Assembly: GCA_018672235.1 (NCBI GenBank)
Contig: JABHGE010000003.1
Location: forward strand, 1-64,000
Reading direction: 5' to 3'
From: Fidelibacterota bacterium
GTDB taxonomy: Bacteria; Fidelibacterota; Marinisomatia; Marinisomatales; Marinisomataceae
DNA length: 64,000 nucleotides
Shown here: in pieces, positions 1-9,500 of the stretch
Numbering within the stretch: position 1 is the stretch's first letter
How the letters are laid out: each line of letters begins with the position of its first letter
Made by a program: the position numbers and the translations under genes
Notes under the pieces: generated by a model
Databases searched by the model: none
What the model was told of the DNA's origin: nothing
What the model saw: the letters and a program-made list of their open reading frames with translations, nothing else

Positions 1-253
1 ATTTAAGAATAAAGTTAGGGACTTTTATCAAAGACTTCGGTATGATATCATACCGAAGTTATATTCTGTAGTGTTTTTTTATATTATTTGTTTAAATTTC
101 TGGACTATTTACTTCAACTTTTATCATAGAATGTAATGTAAAGTGTAACGTAAATAAATTAAATGTATTATTATATTTCTGTAAGCGACAATATATTTTA
201 AGTTACAGACTTACGGCTCGATAGCTCAGTTGGTAGAGCAGAGGATTGAAAAT
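1..253 (+). repeat. Direct repeat copy 1: tRNA-Phe upstream region plus tRNA 5' half (may extend left of the window)
   Basis: Manual alignment with 2538-2791 gives about 10 differences in ~254 nt; the last ~75 nt are identical; identity ends after ...GAGGATTGAAAAT. Confidence 0.97.
215..253 (+). pseudogene. 5' half of tRNA-Phe(GAA), 39 nt; att-like fragment
   Basis: GGCTCGATAGCTCAGTTGGTAGAGCAGAGGATTGAAAAT is identical to 2753-2791, then diverges (GTTATT vs CCTTGT); no T arm or 3' acceptor strand. Confidence 0.95.
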
Positions 254-318
254 GTTATTATCACTATTTTAATTACCTGTATCTCTTAATATTATTAAAC
301 TTAATCATTTTACTCAAC

Positions 319-451
319 TGTAATGTAGATGTAATGTATTCTGTAATGTAATGAAGATTTTAGAGTAGATTGATCTTCCTAAAAATAATCGCGAGAACAA
401 AAGATTTTAATTATTCTACTTTTGTGTAATGTAATGTAAAAATGTAATGTA
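319..451 (+). repeat. TGTAATGTA motif clusters
   Basis: Exact copies start at 319, 330, 342, 425, 430 and 443; also at 132 and 2669, with variants at 144 and 2682. Confidence 0.9.
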
Positions 452-524
452 AAATCTTTGTAGAGATTTTGATTAAAAAACCGTTGACTTCTCGACGAAA
501 AAATTGAAGAAATATTGTATAAAA

Positions 525-2522
525 TTAAAAGATTCGATTTCCGTCAGAGTCTATTACAATTGAAATAATATCAGAATTGCCTTGCATTACGGCTTCGCCA
601 GAAATTATGATTTTACTATCAAGCTGATCAATAAACATTCCTTTACTATTGTAGGGACTTACTCCATCAACAAGTGAACCTGCTTGGAGATATGTTTTAT
701 ACCACAAAAAATTTCCTGAAGCATCATGTTTATTAACTATTAACCGATGTACTGTACCATCTTCACTAGGTAATTTGCTAAATCCTGTTGAGATTACTCC
801 ACCGTCAAAAGTTTCACAAACATCCATTGTTTCATTTCCATAAGAATAGGTTGACCAACCAAATGTATTAGACCATAATTCATTACCACTAGAATCAATT
901 TTTATTATGTGGTGTAAATAATCATTGTGACCCGCTAAAAGAAAGTCACCATTTGAAGCTTCTTTGAAAGAGTGTATAAATTGGTCACCTGCTTCATCCC
1001 ATTCATAAGTCCACTGAACTTCTCCTTGGTTATCAGTTTTTATTACCACAGAGCCATAAACAGACACACCTGAATCAAATTCATAAAGAGTTGTTAAAAA
1101 TCCTCCATCACTAGTTTGTTTTAATTTTGAAAAACCTACCATATTATATTGACTGTCTGTACTAAGGTTTCTAACCACTTTTTCCCAAATTATATTTTCA
1201 TTGATATTGTATAAAGTTAAAATAATATTATTATCTGTTCTTTTAATATCAATTATATCTCCATCGGATGTAATTGATAAATTTCGAGTAGCAGTACTTA
1301 ATGTATTGTTTGCTACTACACCACCATCATTTATAATTCTTAGAATTGGTGGGTTGCTTCCAGCATAATTCTGTATGTAAAAATAGATGTCTCCATTTGC
1401 ATCTGAATTAATACTCCTAATAATATTATTGCCCGAATGAGGGCTCGCACTATGTGTCCAACCGGATTGTAATGTATTACTTAATCTGTGTATTGTCACA
1501 CCATAGCTATTTGAAGAGCTTGGTTTTCCACTTGTACCTAAATATGCATAATCATTTAAAATCAATTGACCATAAAGATAGTCATTCCCATTCCCACCTA
1601 TTCTGGAAAATTTATTGATTTGAACAGTTCGAGATTCACTGCTATAATCTGTACCATCGTAAGCACGATAAGTAAAAGTATCTAAGTTTGAGTCAGGATT
1701 AAACCCGGTAGAAACATAAGTAAGGGTATTACCGTCTATTGATATCGTTCCATAGTTCGGTTGATCATTAACCTCAAATGAAATACTATCATTTTCAATA
1801 TCAGAAGCTCCGTCTAATGAAATCTCAGTTTGATATCCATTTCCACCATGTTGATATATATATAAAGTATCTCCATTAATTGTTGGTGAGTCGTTGATTG
1901 GATTAACTGTAATAGTTGCAGTAGCAACATTAATTATTGATTTTGAAGAACTATCAACTGCCTCAAAATTAAAGGTGTCTGTTCCAAACCAATCTTGGTT
2001 AGGAGTATAAGTAGCGGTTGTACCTGAAATAGTAACTGATCCATTCGATGGATTACCTGTCACATTAAATTGAATAGTTTGTCCATCAACTTCTTCTGCT
2101 TCCAATGTCATAGTTGCAACATTATCTTCATCTGTAGTCACACTCACATCCATCGTATTAGGTTCATCATCAACTGGAGAAATATCAATTACTACAGTTC
2201 CAATATTACTATTTCCATTTACAGTACTAGCTAGATATAAAAAGGTATCTTGACCATTATAATTGGCATTCGGAGTATAGGTTCCTGCACCGCCACTAAT
2301 TGAAATTGCACCATGTTGAGGTTGAGAAGATATGCTGAATGATAAAGCTAAATTCAATGGATCAGTTCCAACAAATGTAAATACTTTTGGAGTATCTTCA
2401 ATTCCTGTAAGGTTTATATTTTGAACAGTAGGAAGTTGAGGAAGTTCTGGTTCTGTTGGAGAAGACCCACCACCACCACAAGTCCATAAAAATAATGGAA
2501 TAAAGAATAAAATTTTTCTCAT
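525..2522 (-). CDS. Predicted surface lipoprotein with three Ig-like/cadherin-like repeats and a C-terminal beta-propeller-like region
   Basis: Hydrophobic N-terminus ending LWTC, then GGGG; repeated TYTPN..GxDTF motifs and PVDDEP/PINDSP linkers; repeated KxDxxGxxxW motifs in the C-terminal half. Confidence 0.85.
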   Translation of the reverse strand: MRKILFFIPLFLWTCGGGGSSPTEPELPQLPTVQNINLTGIEDTPKVFTFVGTDPLNLALSFSISSQPQHGAISISGGAGTYTPNANYNGQDTFLYLASTVNGNSNIGTVVIDISPVDDEPNTMDVSVTTDEDNVATMTLEAEEVDGQTIQFNVTGNPSNGSVTISGTTATYTPNQDWFGTDTFNFEAVDSSSKSIINVATATITVNPINDSPTINGDTLYIYQHGGNGYQTEISLDGASDIENDSISFEVNDQPNYGTISIDGNTLTYVSTGFNPDSNLDTFTYRAYDGTDYSSESRTVQINKFSRIGGNGNDYLYGQLILNDYAYLGTSGKPSSSNSYGVTIHRLSNTLQSGWTHSASPHSGNNIIRSINSDANGDIYFYIQNYAGSNPPILRIINDGGVVANNTLSTATRNLSITSDGDIIDIKRTDNNIILTLYNINENIIWEKVVRNLSTDSQYNMVGFSKLKQTSDGGFLTTLYEFDSGVSVYGSVVIKTDNQGEVQWTYEWDEAGDQFIHSFKEASNGDFLLAGHNDYLHHIIKIDSSGNELWSNTFGWSTYSYGNETMDVCETFDGGVISTGFSKLPSEDGTVHRLIVNKHDASGNFLWYKTYLQAGSLVDGVSPYNSKGMFIDQLDSKIIISGEAVMQGNSDIISIVIDSDGNRIF

Positions 2523-2537
2523 TGCAATAATTTAGGG

Positions 2538-2791
2538 ATTTAAAAATAAAAGTAAGAGACTTTTATCAAAGACTTCGGTATGAATCATACTGAAGTTATA
2601 TTCTGTAGTGTTTTTTTATATTATTTGTTTAAATTTCTGGACTATTTACTTCAACTTTTATCATAGAATGTAATGTAAAAGTGTGATGTAAATAAATTAA
2701 ATGTATTATTATATTACTGTAAGCGACAATATATTTTAAGTTACAGACTTACGGCTCGATAGCTCAGTTGGTAGAGCAGAGGATTGAAAAT
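2538..2791 (+). repeat. Direct repeat copy 2, running into the intact tRNA-Phe
   Basis: Aligns with 1-253. Confidence 0.97.
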
Positions 2792-2825
2792 CCTTGTGTC
2801 GGGGGTTCAATTCCCTCTCGAGCCA
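2753..2825 (+). tRNA. tRNA-Phe (GAA); CCA not encoded
   Basis: Cloverleaf: acceptor GGCTCGA/TCGAGCC, D arm GCTC/GAGC, anticodon arm GAGGA-TTGAAAA-TCCTT, T loop TTCAATT. Confidence 0.98.
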
Positions 2826-2846
2826 CTTTCCAAAGGGGGATATCAA

Positions 2847-3383
2847 ATGGATCTTATACAAGTCATACTATTAACTGGGTTAATACTCTTTTTAGTATTA
2901 ATTCTATCATTTTTAAGAAAACCTAAAGTGTATACTTTCAAAAAAGAACAGTTCGTTTCAAGCGATATGGATACTGTTTTTGATTTTTTTTCTAGACCCG
3001 AAAATCTTGAAAAAATTACTCCACCTGCTATGGGTTTTCATATCATGACTCCTAAGCCGGTAGAAATGAAGGCAGGAGCAATTATTGACTATACTGTCAA
3101 TATCATGGGAATACCAGCAAGATGGAGAACCATGATTACTAGTTATAAAAAAAATCAATTTTTTGTGGACGAACAATTAAAGGGGCCTTACAGCTACTGG
3201 CATCACAAACATTCATTTGAAACTGTCGAAGGTGGAGTAAATATTGTAGATGATATTACTTACGCCTTACCGTTAGAAGCTTTTAGGAGTATTGTGCACC
3301 CCCTATTTATTAAACCTCAATTAAAAAAAATCTTTAGCTTTAGATTTCAGATTATTCAAGATAAATTTAATAACAAAAAATAA
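2847..3383 (+). CDS. SRPBCC family protein with N-terminal membrane anchor
   Basis: VFDFFSRPENLEKITPP and FVDEQLKGPYSYWHHKHSF motifs; start moved to ATG 2847 after SD-like AAGGGGGA because the longer ORF overlaps the tRNA. Confidence 0.85.
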   Translation: MDLIQVILLTGLILFLVLILSFLRKPKVYTFKKEQFVSSDMDTVFDFFSRPENLEKITPPAMGFHIMTPKPVEMKAGAIIDYTVNIMGIPARWRTMITSYKKNQFFVDEQLKGPYSYWHHKHSFETVEGGVNIVDDITYALPLEAFRSIVHPLFIKPQLKKIFSFRFQIIQDKFNNKK

Positions 3384-3405
3384 TATGACTTTTGATGGTC
3401 ATATT
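3382..3405. promoter_or_regulatory. Inverted repeat, candidate operator of the RND operon
   Basis: AATATGAC-N8-GTCATATT, ending 24 nt before the next start. Confidence 0.4.
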
Positions 3406-3429
3406 GGATAACAAACAATAAGAAAAACA

Positions 3430-3966
3430 ATGATTAAATATATCTTATCCCATACGAATGTTGCTATTAACTACTTTGGATTTTCAATAGTATGGATTTG
3501 TTGTGTATATAGTGGAGCTCAAGGCGTAACTGCCCTTGCATTAATACCAACTCTTATATTCTTGTATCTACATTTTATGATTGTTGCTGATCATTTAAAG
3601 GAAGAAGTCCAATTAATTTTGATAGCAATTTTAATGGGGGTTATTGTTGATTCAAGCTTTTCCTTCTTTGGAGTTGTATCATATAATGGGAATATATCTT
3701 CTATTCCTCATCTTGCTCCAATATGGATATTGTGTATGTGGGCTGGATTTTCAGCACAAATTAATCATGCTATGAACAGATTGAGAGGTAGATATCTTCT
3801 TGTTGGATTTTATGGATTACTAGCACCGCTAGCTTATATGGGTGGTGAAAAAATTAATGCAGCCTCTATTACTGATGGAGATATTAACTATGCAATCATT
3901 AGTATTAGTTGGGCTATCAGTCTTGTTGTTTTATTTAAAATATCTGAATATTTGATGGCAAAATAG
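3430..3966 (+). CDS. DUF2878-like membrane protein
   Basis: Multiple hydrophobic segments; APIWILCMWAGF and PLAYMGG motifs. Confidence 0.7.
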   Translation: MIKYILSHTNVAINYFGFSIVWICCVYSGAQGVTALALIPTLIFLYLHFMIVADHLKEEVQLILIAILMGVIVDSSFSFFGVVSYNGNISSIPHLAPIWILCMWAGFSAQINHAMNRLRGRYLLVGFYGLLAPLAYMGGEKINAASITDGDINYAIISISWAISLVVLFKISEYLMAK

Positions 3967-3968
3967 AT

Positions 3969-5390
3969 ATGAAGCATTATGCTCTAATACTAATATGCAT
4001 ATTATCTCTTATTTCTTGTGCTAGTAAAGCAGCAATTGAGCCTGAAAGCGTAGTGGATAATATTCCAGAAGATTGGGCAATAGAAACTCCAATCACAATT
4101 AATATTTCAGATATATGGTGGAACGAATTTCAAGATGAAAAACTCAATCAATTCTTGTCACAATTTTTAGATGAAAATATTAATCTAGAACAAGCAATGC
4201 TCAATACAAGAATTGCAAAACAAGCATCTGTAATATCAACTTCAACTCTTTTCCCATCTATCGGAATCGGTGCTAGCGCTGGAGAGTCTGAACAGAATTC
4301 AGCAGGATTCCCTCCAATACTTTCTGCATTATTTGGAGAGCAAAGTGATGAAATTACTACATTCACTCAAGAAAATTATAGCTTATCATTAAACACGCAA
4401 TGGGAAATTGACTTATGGGGTAAAATGAGGCAAGGCAGGCTTGCAGGAAAGCAGCAATATTTAGCTGCACAATATAATTATACTTATTATCAATTTTCCC
4501 TTACATCTGAAGCAACAAAGCTTTACTTCTCGATTATTGAAGCAAAACAACTAACAAACAATACTCAGCAGAAATATAATAATGCTAAAATTATTTTTGA
4601 TTTATATACTAGCCGTTATAATAAAGGAATTATATCATTAAAAGCTCTACAACAATCTGAGCTAATGCTTAATCTTGCAAAAAGTGACTTAGAAAATAAA
4701 AAAAGTATTTCTACCTCTCTTGTTCGAGAAGCAAAAGTATTAATAAGAGAATATCCTAACTTAATATTAGATACTTCGACAGAATTTCCAAAATCTATTC
4801 CTAACATACCGGAAGTCATTCCAGCTAGTATTATAAAAAGGCGTCCAGACTTAATTGCGTCTCAATATAATTTACTAGCATCTAAAGCATTAAATAAGCA
4901 GGCGATGCGCTCTTTATATCCTTCATTCAGTTTAGTTGGATCTACAGGAACGTCAAGTAATGTTCAGGACCTATTAAATGATGATTTTAGCGTATGGAGT
5001 GCTGGTTTAAACTTATTATCTCCCATATTTAATGGAGGGAAATTGATAGCAAATAAAAAAATTGCTAAAACGAATCAAGAAATTGCAATGCTAGAATTTG
5101 TTGATAATCTACTTGGTGCATATAAGGAAGTAGAATCGGGATTAGAATTTGACAGAAGCACGCAACTATCTTTAAATCTTTTAAAAGATAATATTATACT
5201 ATCTGAATCTATTTATAAAACTACTTTTGATGAATTTTCAAAAGGCGTTGCAAGGATAGAGGATGTTATTAATGCAAATAATGCACTTTTTGATAATAAA
5301 AATATGCTCGCTACAACAGAAAGAATTCGCATTGAACAAAGAATAAACTTAATATTGGCACTTGGAGGAGGGTTCACTTACAAGCGATGA
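3969..5390 (+). CDS. Efflux outer membrane factor lipoprotein (NodT/TolC family)
   Basis: Lipobox LISC; WWNEFQD, WEIDLWGK, RRPD and terminal LILALGGG motifs. Confidence 0.92.
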   Translation: MKHYALILICILSLISCASKAAIEPESVVDNIPEDWAIETPITINISDIWWNEFQDEKLNQFLSQFLDENINLEQAMLNTRIAKQASVISTSTLFPSIGIGASAGESEQNSAGFPPILSALFGEQSDEITTFTQENYSLSLNTQWEIDLWGKMRQGRLAGKQQYLAAQYNYTYYQFSLTSEATKLYFSIIEAKQLTNNTQQKYNNAKIIFDLYTSRYNKGIISLKALQQSELMLNLAKSDLENKKSISTSLVREAKVLIREYPNLILDTSTEFPKSIPNIPEVIPASIIKRRPDLIASQYNLLASKALNKQAMRSLYPSFSLVGSTGTSSNVQDLLNDDFSVWSAGLNLLSPIFNGGKLIANKKIAKTNQEIAMLEFVDNLLGAYKEVESGLEFDRSTQLSLNLLKDNIILSESIYKTTFDEFSKGVARIEDVINANNALFDNKNMLATTERIRIEQRINLILALGGGFTYKR

Positions 5391-6529
5391 TTAAATATTT
5401 AAAACCATTACTAATTATAGGTATTTCCACGGTTATTGCATCTGTACTATACATGTTAGGTCAGGTATCTCCTTTACCTGTACAAGAGCAACCTCCTTTA
5501 GATGTAAATGTTCAAATTTTAGCACCTATTGATTATCAAATAAAAATAAAATCAACTGGGACAACAACCCCTATTACTAAGACAGTCTTAACATCTGAAG
5601 TAGGCGGAGAAGTTATTTATCGTTCTAAAAAATTCTCTGAAGGATCTTCCGTTATTAGTGGAGAGATTTTAGCTAAAATTGATGATACTGATTTACAGTT
5701 ACAGTATAAGAATGCCCTGCTTCAATTAGCAAGCGCTGAAGTGCAATTTGCAGTTCAACAAGCAGAAGCAGAAATTGCTCAGGAAGCTTGGGAACAAGTT
5801 GGCGAAGGTACTGCAAAAGATCTAACAACTAAAAAGCCTCAGTTAAAGCAAGCAAAAGCTGCATTAGAAGTTGCAAAAGCTCAAGTGCAATCATCAGAAA
5901 AAAAACTAAACAAAACAGAGATTACTGCGCCATATACAGGACGTATTCAAAATATTAATATTGATTTAGGCTCCACCATTGTTCCTGGCCAACCAGTAGG
6001 ATCTATTTATACTTCAAATGAAATTGAAGTTACCCTTTCTGTCAAAGATAGTGATTTACAATTTCTAGATATCCCAATGGATGGTAGAAAATTAAACCCC
6101 GATCAAAAGTCTATCGTAATTATTAAATCTCTTTATAAGGGTGAAATGCAACAGTGGGCTGGAAATCTAGAACGTGTTGATGGTGTTATTGATCCAATGA
6201 CTCGAATGATTAAGTTAATCGCAAATTTCAAAAATAATTTTATTGAAGAAACAAAACCTATCTTACCCATTGGTTTATTTGTAGAAGCAGAAATCAATGG
6301 AAAACAGTTAGAAGACATGTTTATGATACCAAATACTGCATTAACTCCTAATGATGAACTTTTGGTTTTAAATCAAGATGATGCCCTAGAAATAAGAAAA
6401 ATAAAAGTCGTTACTAAAATGAAAAATTATATTTTAGTAAAAGAAGGGGTGAAAGCGGGTGAAAGAGTAGTTGTATCCAAGCTTAGTATTATAACTAATG
6501 GAATGCTAGTCAACCCAAGATATCAATAA
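5387..6529 (+). CDS. RND efflux periplasmic adaptor subunit
   Basis: Lipoyl-like halves around a coiled coil, ITAPYTG motif; position between OMF and RND pump. Confidence 0.92.
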   Translation: MIKYLKPLLIIGISTVIASVLYMLGQVSPLPVQEQPPLDVNVQILAPIDYQIKIKSTGTTTPITKTVLTSEVGGEVIYRSKKFSEGSSVISGEILAKIDDTDLQLQYKNALLQLASAEVQFAVQQAEAEIAQEAWEQVGEGTAKDLTTKKPQLKQAKAALEVAKAQVQSSEKKLNKTEITAPYTGRIQNINIDLGSTIVPGQPVGSIYTSNEIEVTLSVKDSDLQFLDIPMDGRKLNPDQKSIVIIKSLYKGEMQQWAGNLERVDGVIDPMTRMIKLIANFKNNFIEETKPILPIGLFVEAEINGKQLEDMFMIPNTALTPNDELLVLNQDDALEIRKIKVVTKMKNYILVKEGVKAGERVVVSKLSIITNGMLVNPRYQ

Positions 6530-9500
6530 TGAGAGGTATTGTTACTTGGTTCGTTAAGAATAGTGTCCCTGCGAATCTATTTATGTTTTTTTTAATTTTT
6601 GGTGGATTCTTTGTATCCTATCCAACAATGAAGTCTGAATTTTTTCCTGCACCAGATCTTGCAACTATCACAATTAGTGTACCATATCCTGGAGCATCTG
6701 CAAAAGAAGTAGAGGCTTCGATTTCTTCCAAAATAGAAGATAGACTTGAAGGTATTTCTAATATTAAAAAATTAAGATCATACTCAATCGAGGGTCGTGG
6801 ATTAATTGTTGTACAAGTTTATAATAGCGATGAGATTGATACTACCTTAGATGATATCAATACAATCATGGACGGTATAAGTACCTTTCCACAAAACAGT
6901 GAGTCTCCCGTTGTTAGCAAGTTAGAACCTAGCGAGAAAGTATTAGATGTTATTGTGTATGGAGATGTTGATGAACTGGTCTTATTAAATATTACCAAAG
7001 AAGTGAATAAGGAAATGAAAGAGCTCAGCGAAGTTTCATTTACAGAAATAAATGGAGACAGAGACAAAGAAATTACCATAGAGGTATCTGAAAACAATCT
7101 TGAAAAGTATAACTTAAGTTTTGATCAGATATCTATGGCAATTAATGCAGGGTCAATCGACTTACCAGGAGGGTTGTTATCAAGTAAAAGTGGTGACCTA
7201 CTAATTAGAACAGTTGGACAGTCCTATAATGCTATTGAGTATGAAAATATTGTTATTAAAGGTCAGCCAGATGGAAGTCAATTACTTCTCGGGGATATAG
7301 CAACTATTACCGATGGATTTATAAATGTAGAAAGCTATTATCGATGGGATGGTACTCCAGCAATGTTTATTAGTGTAAATTTAGTTGGCGACCAAGATGT
7401 ACTCTTGGCTGCGGACCAATTAAGAAAATATGTTAAAAGTAAGCAGTCAGATATGCCTCCAAATGTGAGTATTGATTATTGGTATGATCAAGCGCGATAT
7501 CTCCAAGACCGCATTGATCTCTTGTATAACAATTTTGCTATTGGAATGATTTTAGTATTAATTCTTTTAACAATGTTTTTAAGGCCATCGGTAGCATTCT
7601 GGGTGTCAATGGGTATTCCAATCTCTTTCGGAGGGGCATTAATTATACTTCCTCAAATCGGTGTTACTGTGAATATTTTATCGGCATTTATGTTTATTGT
7701 AGTATTGGGCATTGTTGTTGATGATGCCATTATTGTAGGAGAAAATGTTTTTAGAAGACGCATAAAACTCAAAGAAAATAATATGGACTCAACAATTAAA
7801 GGTACGATGGAAGTATTAATTCCTGTCTTTTTTGGAGTATTAACGACTATTGTTGTATTTGCACCCATGCTTAATCTAGCTGGACAAACAGGCGGTGTTT
7901 GGAAAACATTTCCATTAACTGCTATTCCGATTTTAGTATTTTCATTGATCGAGTCTACAACAATTTTACCAGCTCACTTATATCATGCTGGTGAATGGTT
8001 CCAAACCAGTTTTGTAGGTTTTGGTAAAAGATTAAAAATAGTAAGAAATTATTGCTCAAAAAAACTTTATGAGTTTGTAGATAATTTCTGGATGCCTTTA
8101 GTTAAAAAATCTATTACTAGTCGATATGTCACTATTTCAGTTTTTATTGGAATGATGATTATGACCTTATCTTTGCTTGCTGGAGGATTAGTAAAATGGC
8201 AGTTTTTTCCTGTTCTAGAGTCTCAAGAAGTTGGAATTGTATTTGAATTACCAGAAGGCTCTCCAATAGAAAAAACCCAAGCTATTACTCAAATTATTGA
8301 AAGTGAAGCTCTAAAACTTAAACAAGAATTGAATACAACTGAGACAGAAATAATTATTTCTCATGTATTAACAACTGTTGGAAAGCACTATTTTGCAAAT
8401 GCTGAAGCTGAGAATAGTCCTAGCGGAAGGAATATTACATCTTCATCAACACCACATCTAGGAGAGGTTGTTATTGTATTAACCCCTGCAGAGAGTAGGT
8501 GGGGATTACTAGGTGCATACGATGTTATCGATGAGATGCGTTCACGTATTGGAACTATACCAGGTGTAGAGCGATTAAATTATAGTGCTAATGTTTTTAC
8601 TGCTGGAAAATCAATTCACTTTGAATTTTCAGGAGATAGTTTTGAAAAATTAAATCAAGTAGTGGCTGATACAAGAGTACTACTTTCTGGCTTTTCAGGT
8701 GTCTATGATTTAGCAGATACTGACACCAAAGGTAAAAATGAATTACAAATTGAACTATTACCTTCCGCTGAAGTTTATGGCATTACTACGATGGATATTG
8801 CACGTCAAGTAAGACAAGCATTCTTCGGTGAAGAGGTGCAGCGTATTCAAAGAGCAGATGATGATATTAAGGTTATGTTGAAACTCCCAAAAGATGAGCG
8901 TGAGAATCTAATAAGTTTAGAAAATATGAGAATACGTACCGCTCAAGGGACTAAGGTTCCACTCTATGCTGTTGCTAACATTAAAGAAGTTGAAGGAAAA
9001 TCAGCGATTGTTCGTGTTGATGGAAAGCGCGTTGTTGAAGTAACATCTGATGTTGATGTTTCCAAAAACACTTCTTCTATGATATTGCAAACACTGGTAT
9101 GGCTCGGAGGTCCACTTGAAGGACAACCGCTCGGTAAGCTCAAAAAGATTATGGATAAAACTCCTGGAGTAGATTTTGCATTAGCGGGAGAGCCAGCTGA
9201 ACAAGCCGAACAATTAGATGATATATTATTAAAATTTAGTTTAGCAATTTTTGTTATTTATGTACTGCTTGCGATTCCACTTAAATCATACTTTAAGCCA
9301 TTGATCGTATTATCAGCAATTCCATTTGGAGTGGTAGGAGCAATCCTTGGGCACCTATTGTTTAATCAACCTATGTCAGTACTATCTCTTCTTGGTGTTA
9401 TTGCATTATCTGGTGTTGTAGTAAACGATAGTCTTCTCTTGGTTGTGTTTGTAAATAGAGCTAAAGAGAAAGGCGTAGAAACTAGAAAAGCTGCGCTAGA

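Larger units (their letters stand above)
254..2791. mobile_element. Putative non-autonomous integrative gene cassette at tRNA-Phe (no integrase, one cargo gene)
   Basis: Bounded by tRNA 5'-half direct repeats; identity breaks at the anticodon loop; clustered TGTAATGTA motifs near both ends. Confidence 0.7.

Noticed and set aside
215..290. Second functional or intron-containing tRNA-Phe
   Set aside because: No 3' anticodon stem, T arm or acceptor strand follows; the downstream copy has its own 5' half, so this is not a split or intron arrangement.
319..451. TGTAATGTA repeats as a CRISPR array
   Set aside because: Units are 9 bp with 2-4 bp gaps, there are no spacer-length unique sequences, and no cas genes are present.
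2784..2846. N-terminal extension of the SRPBCC ORF
   Set aside because: Overlaps tRNA-Phe; ATG 2847 has a good SD.
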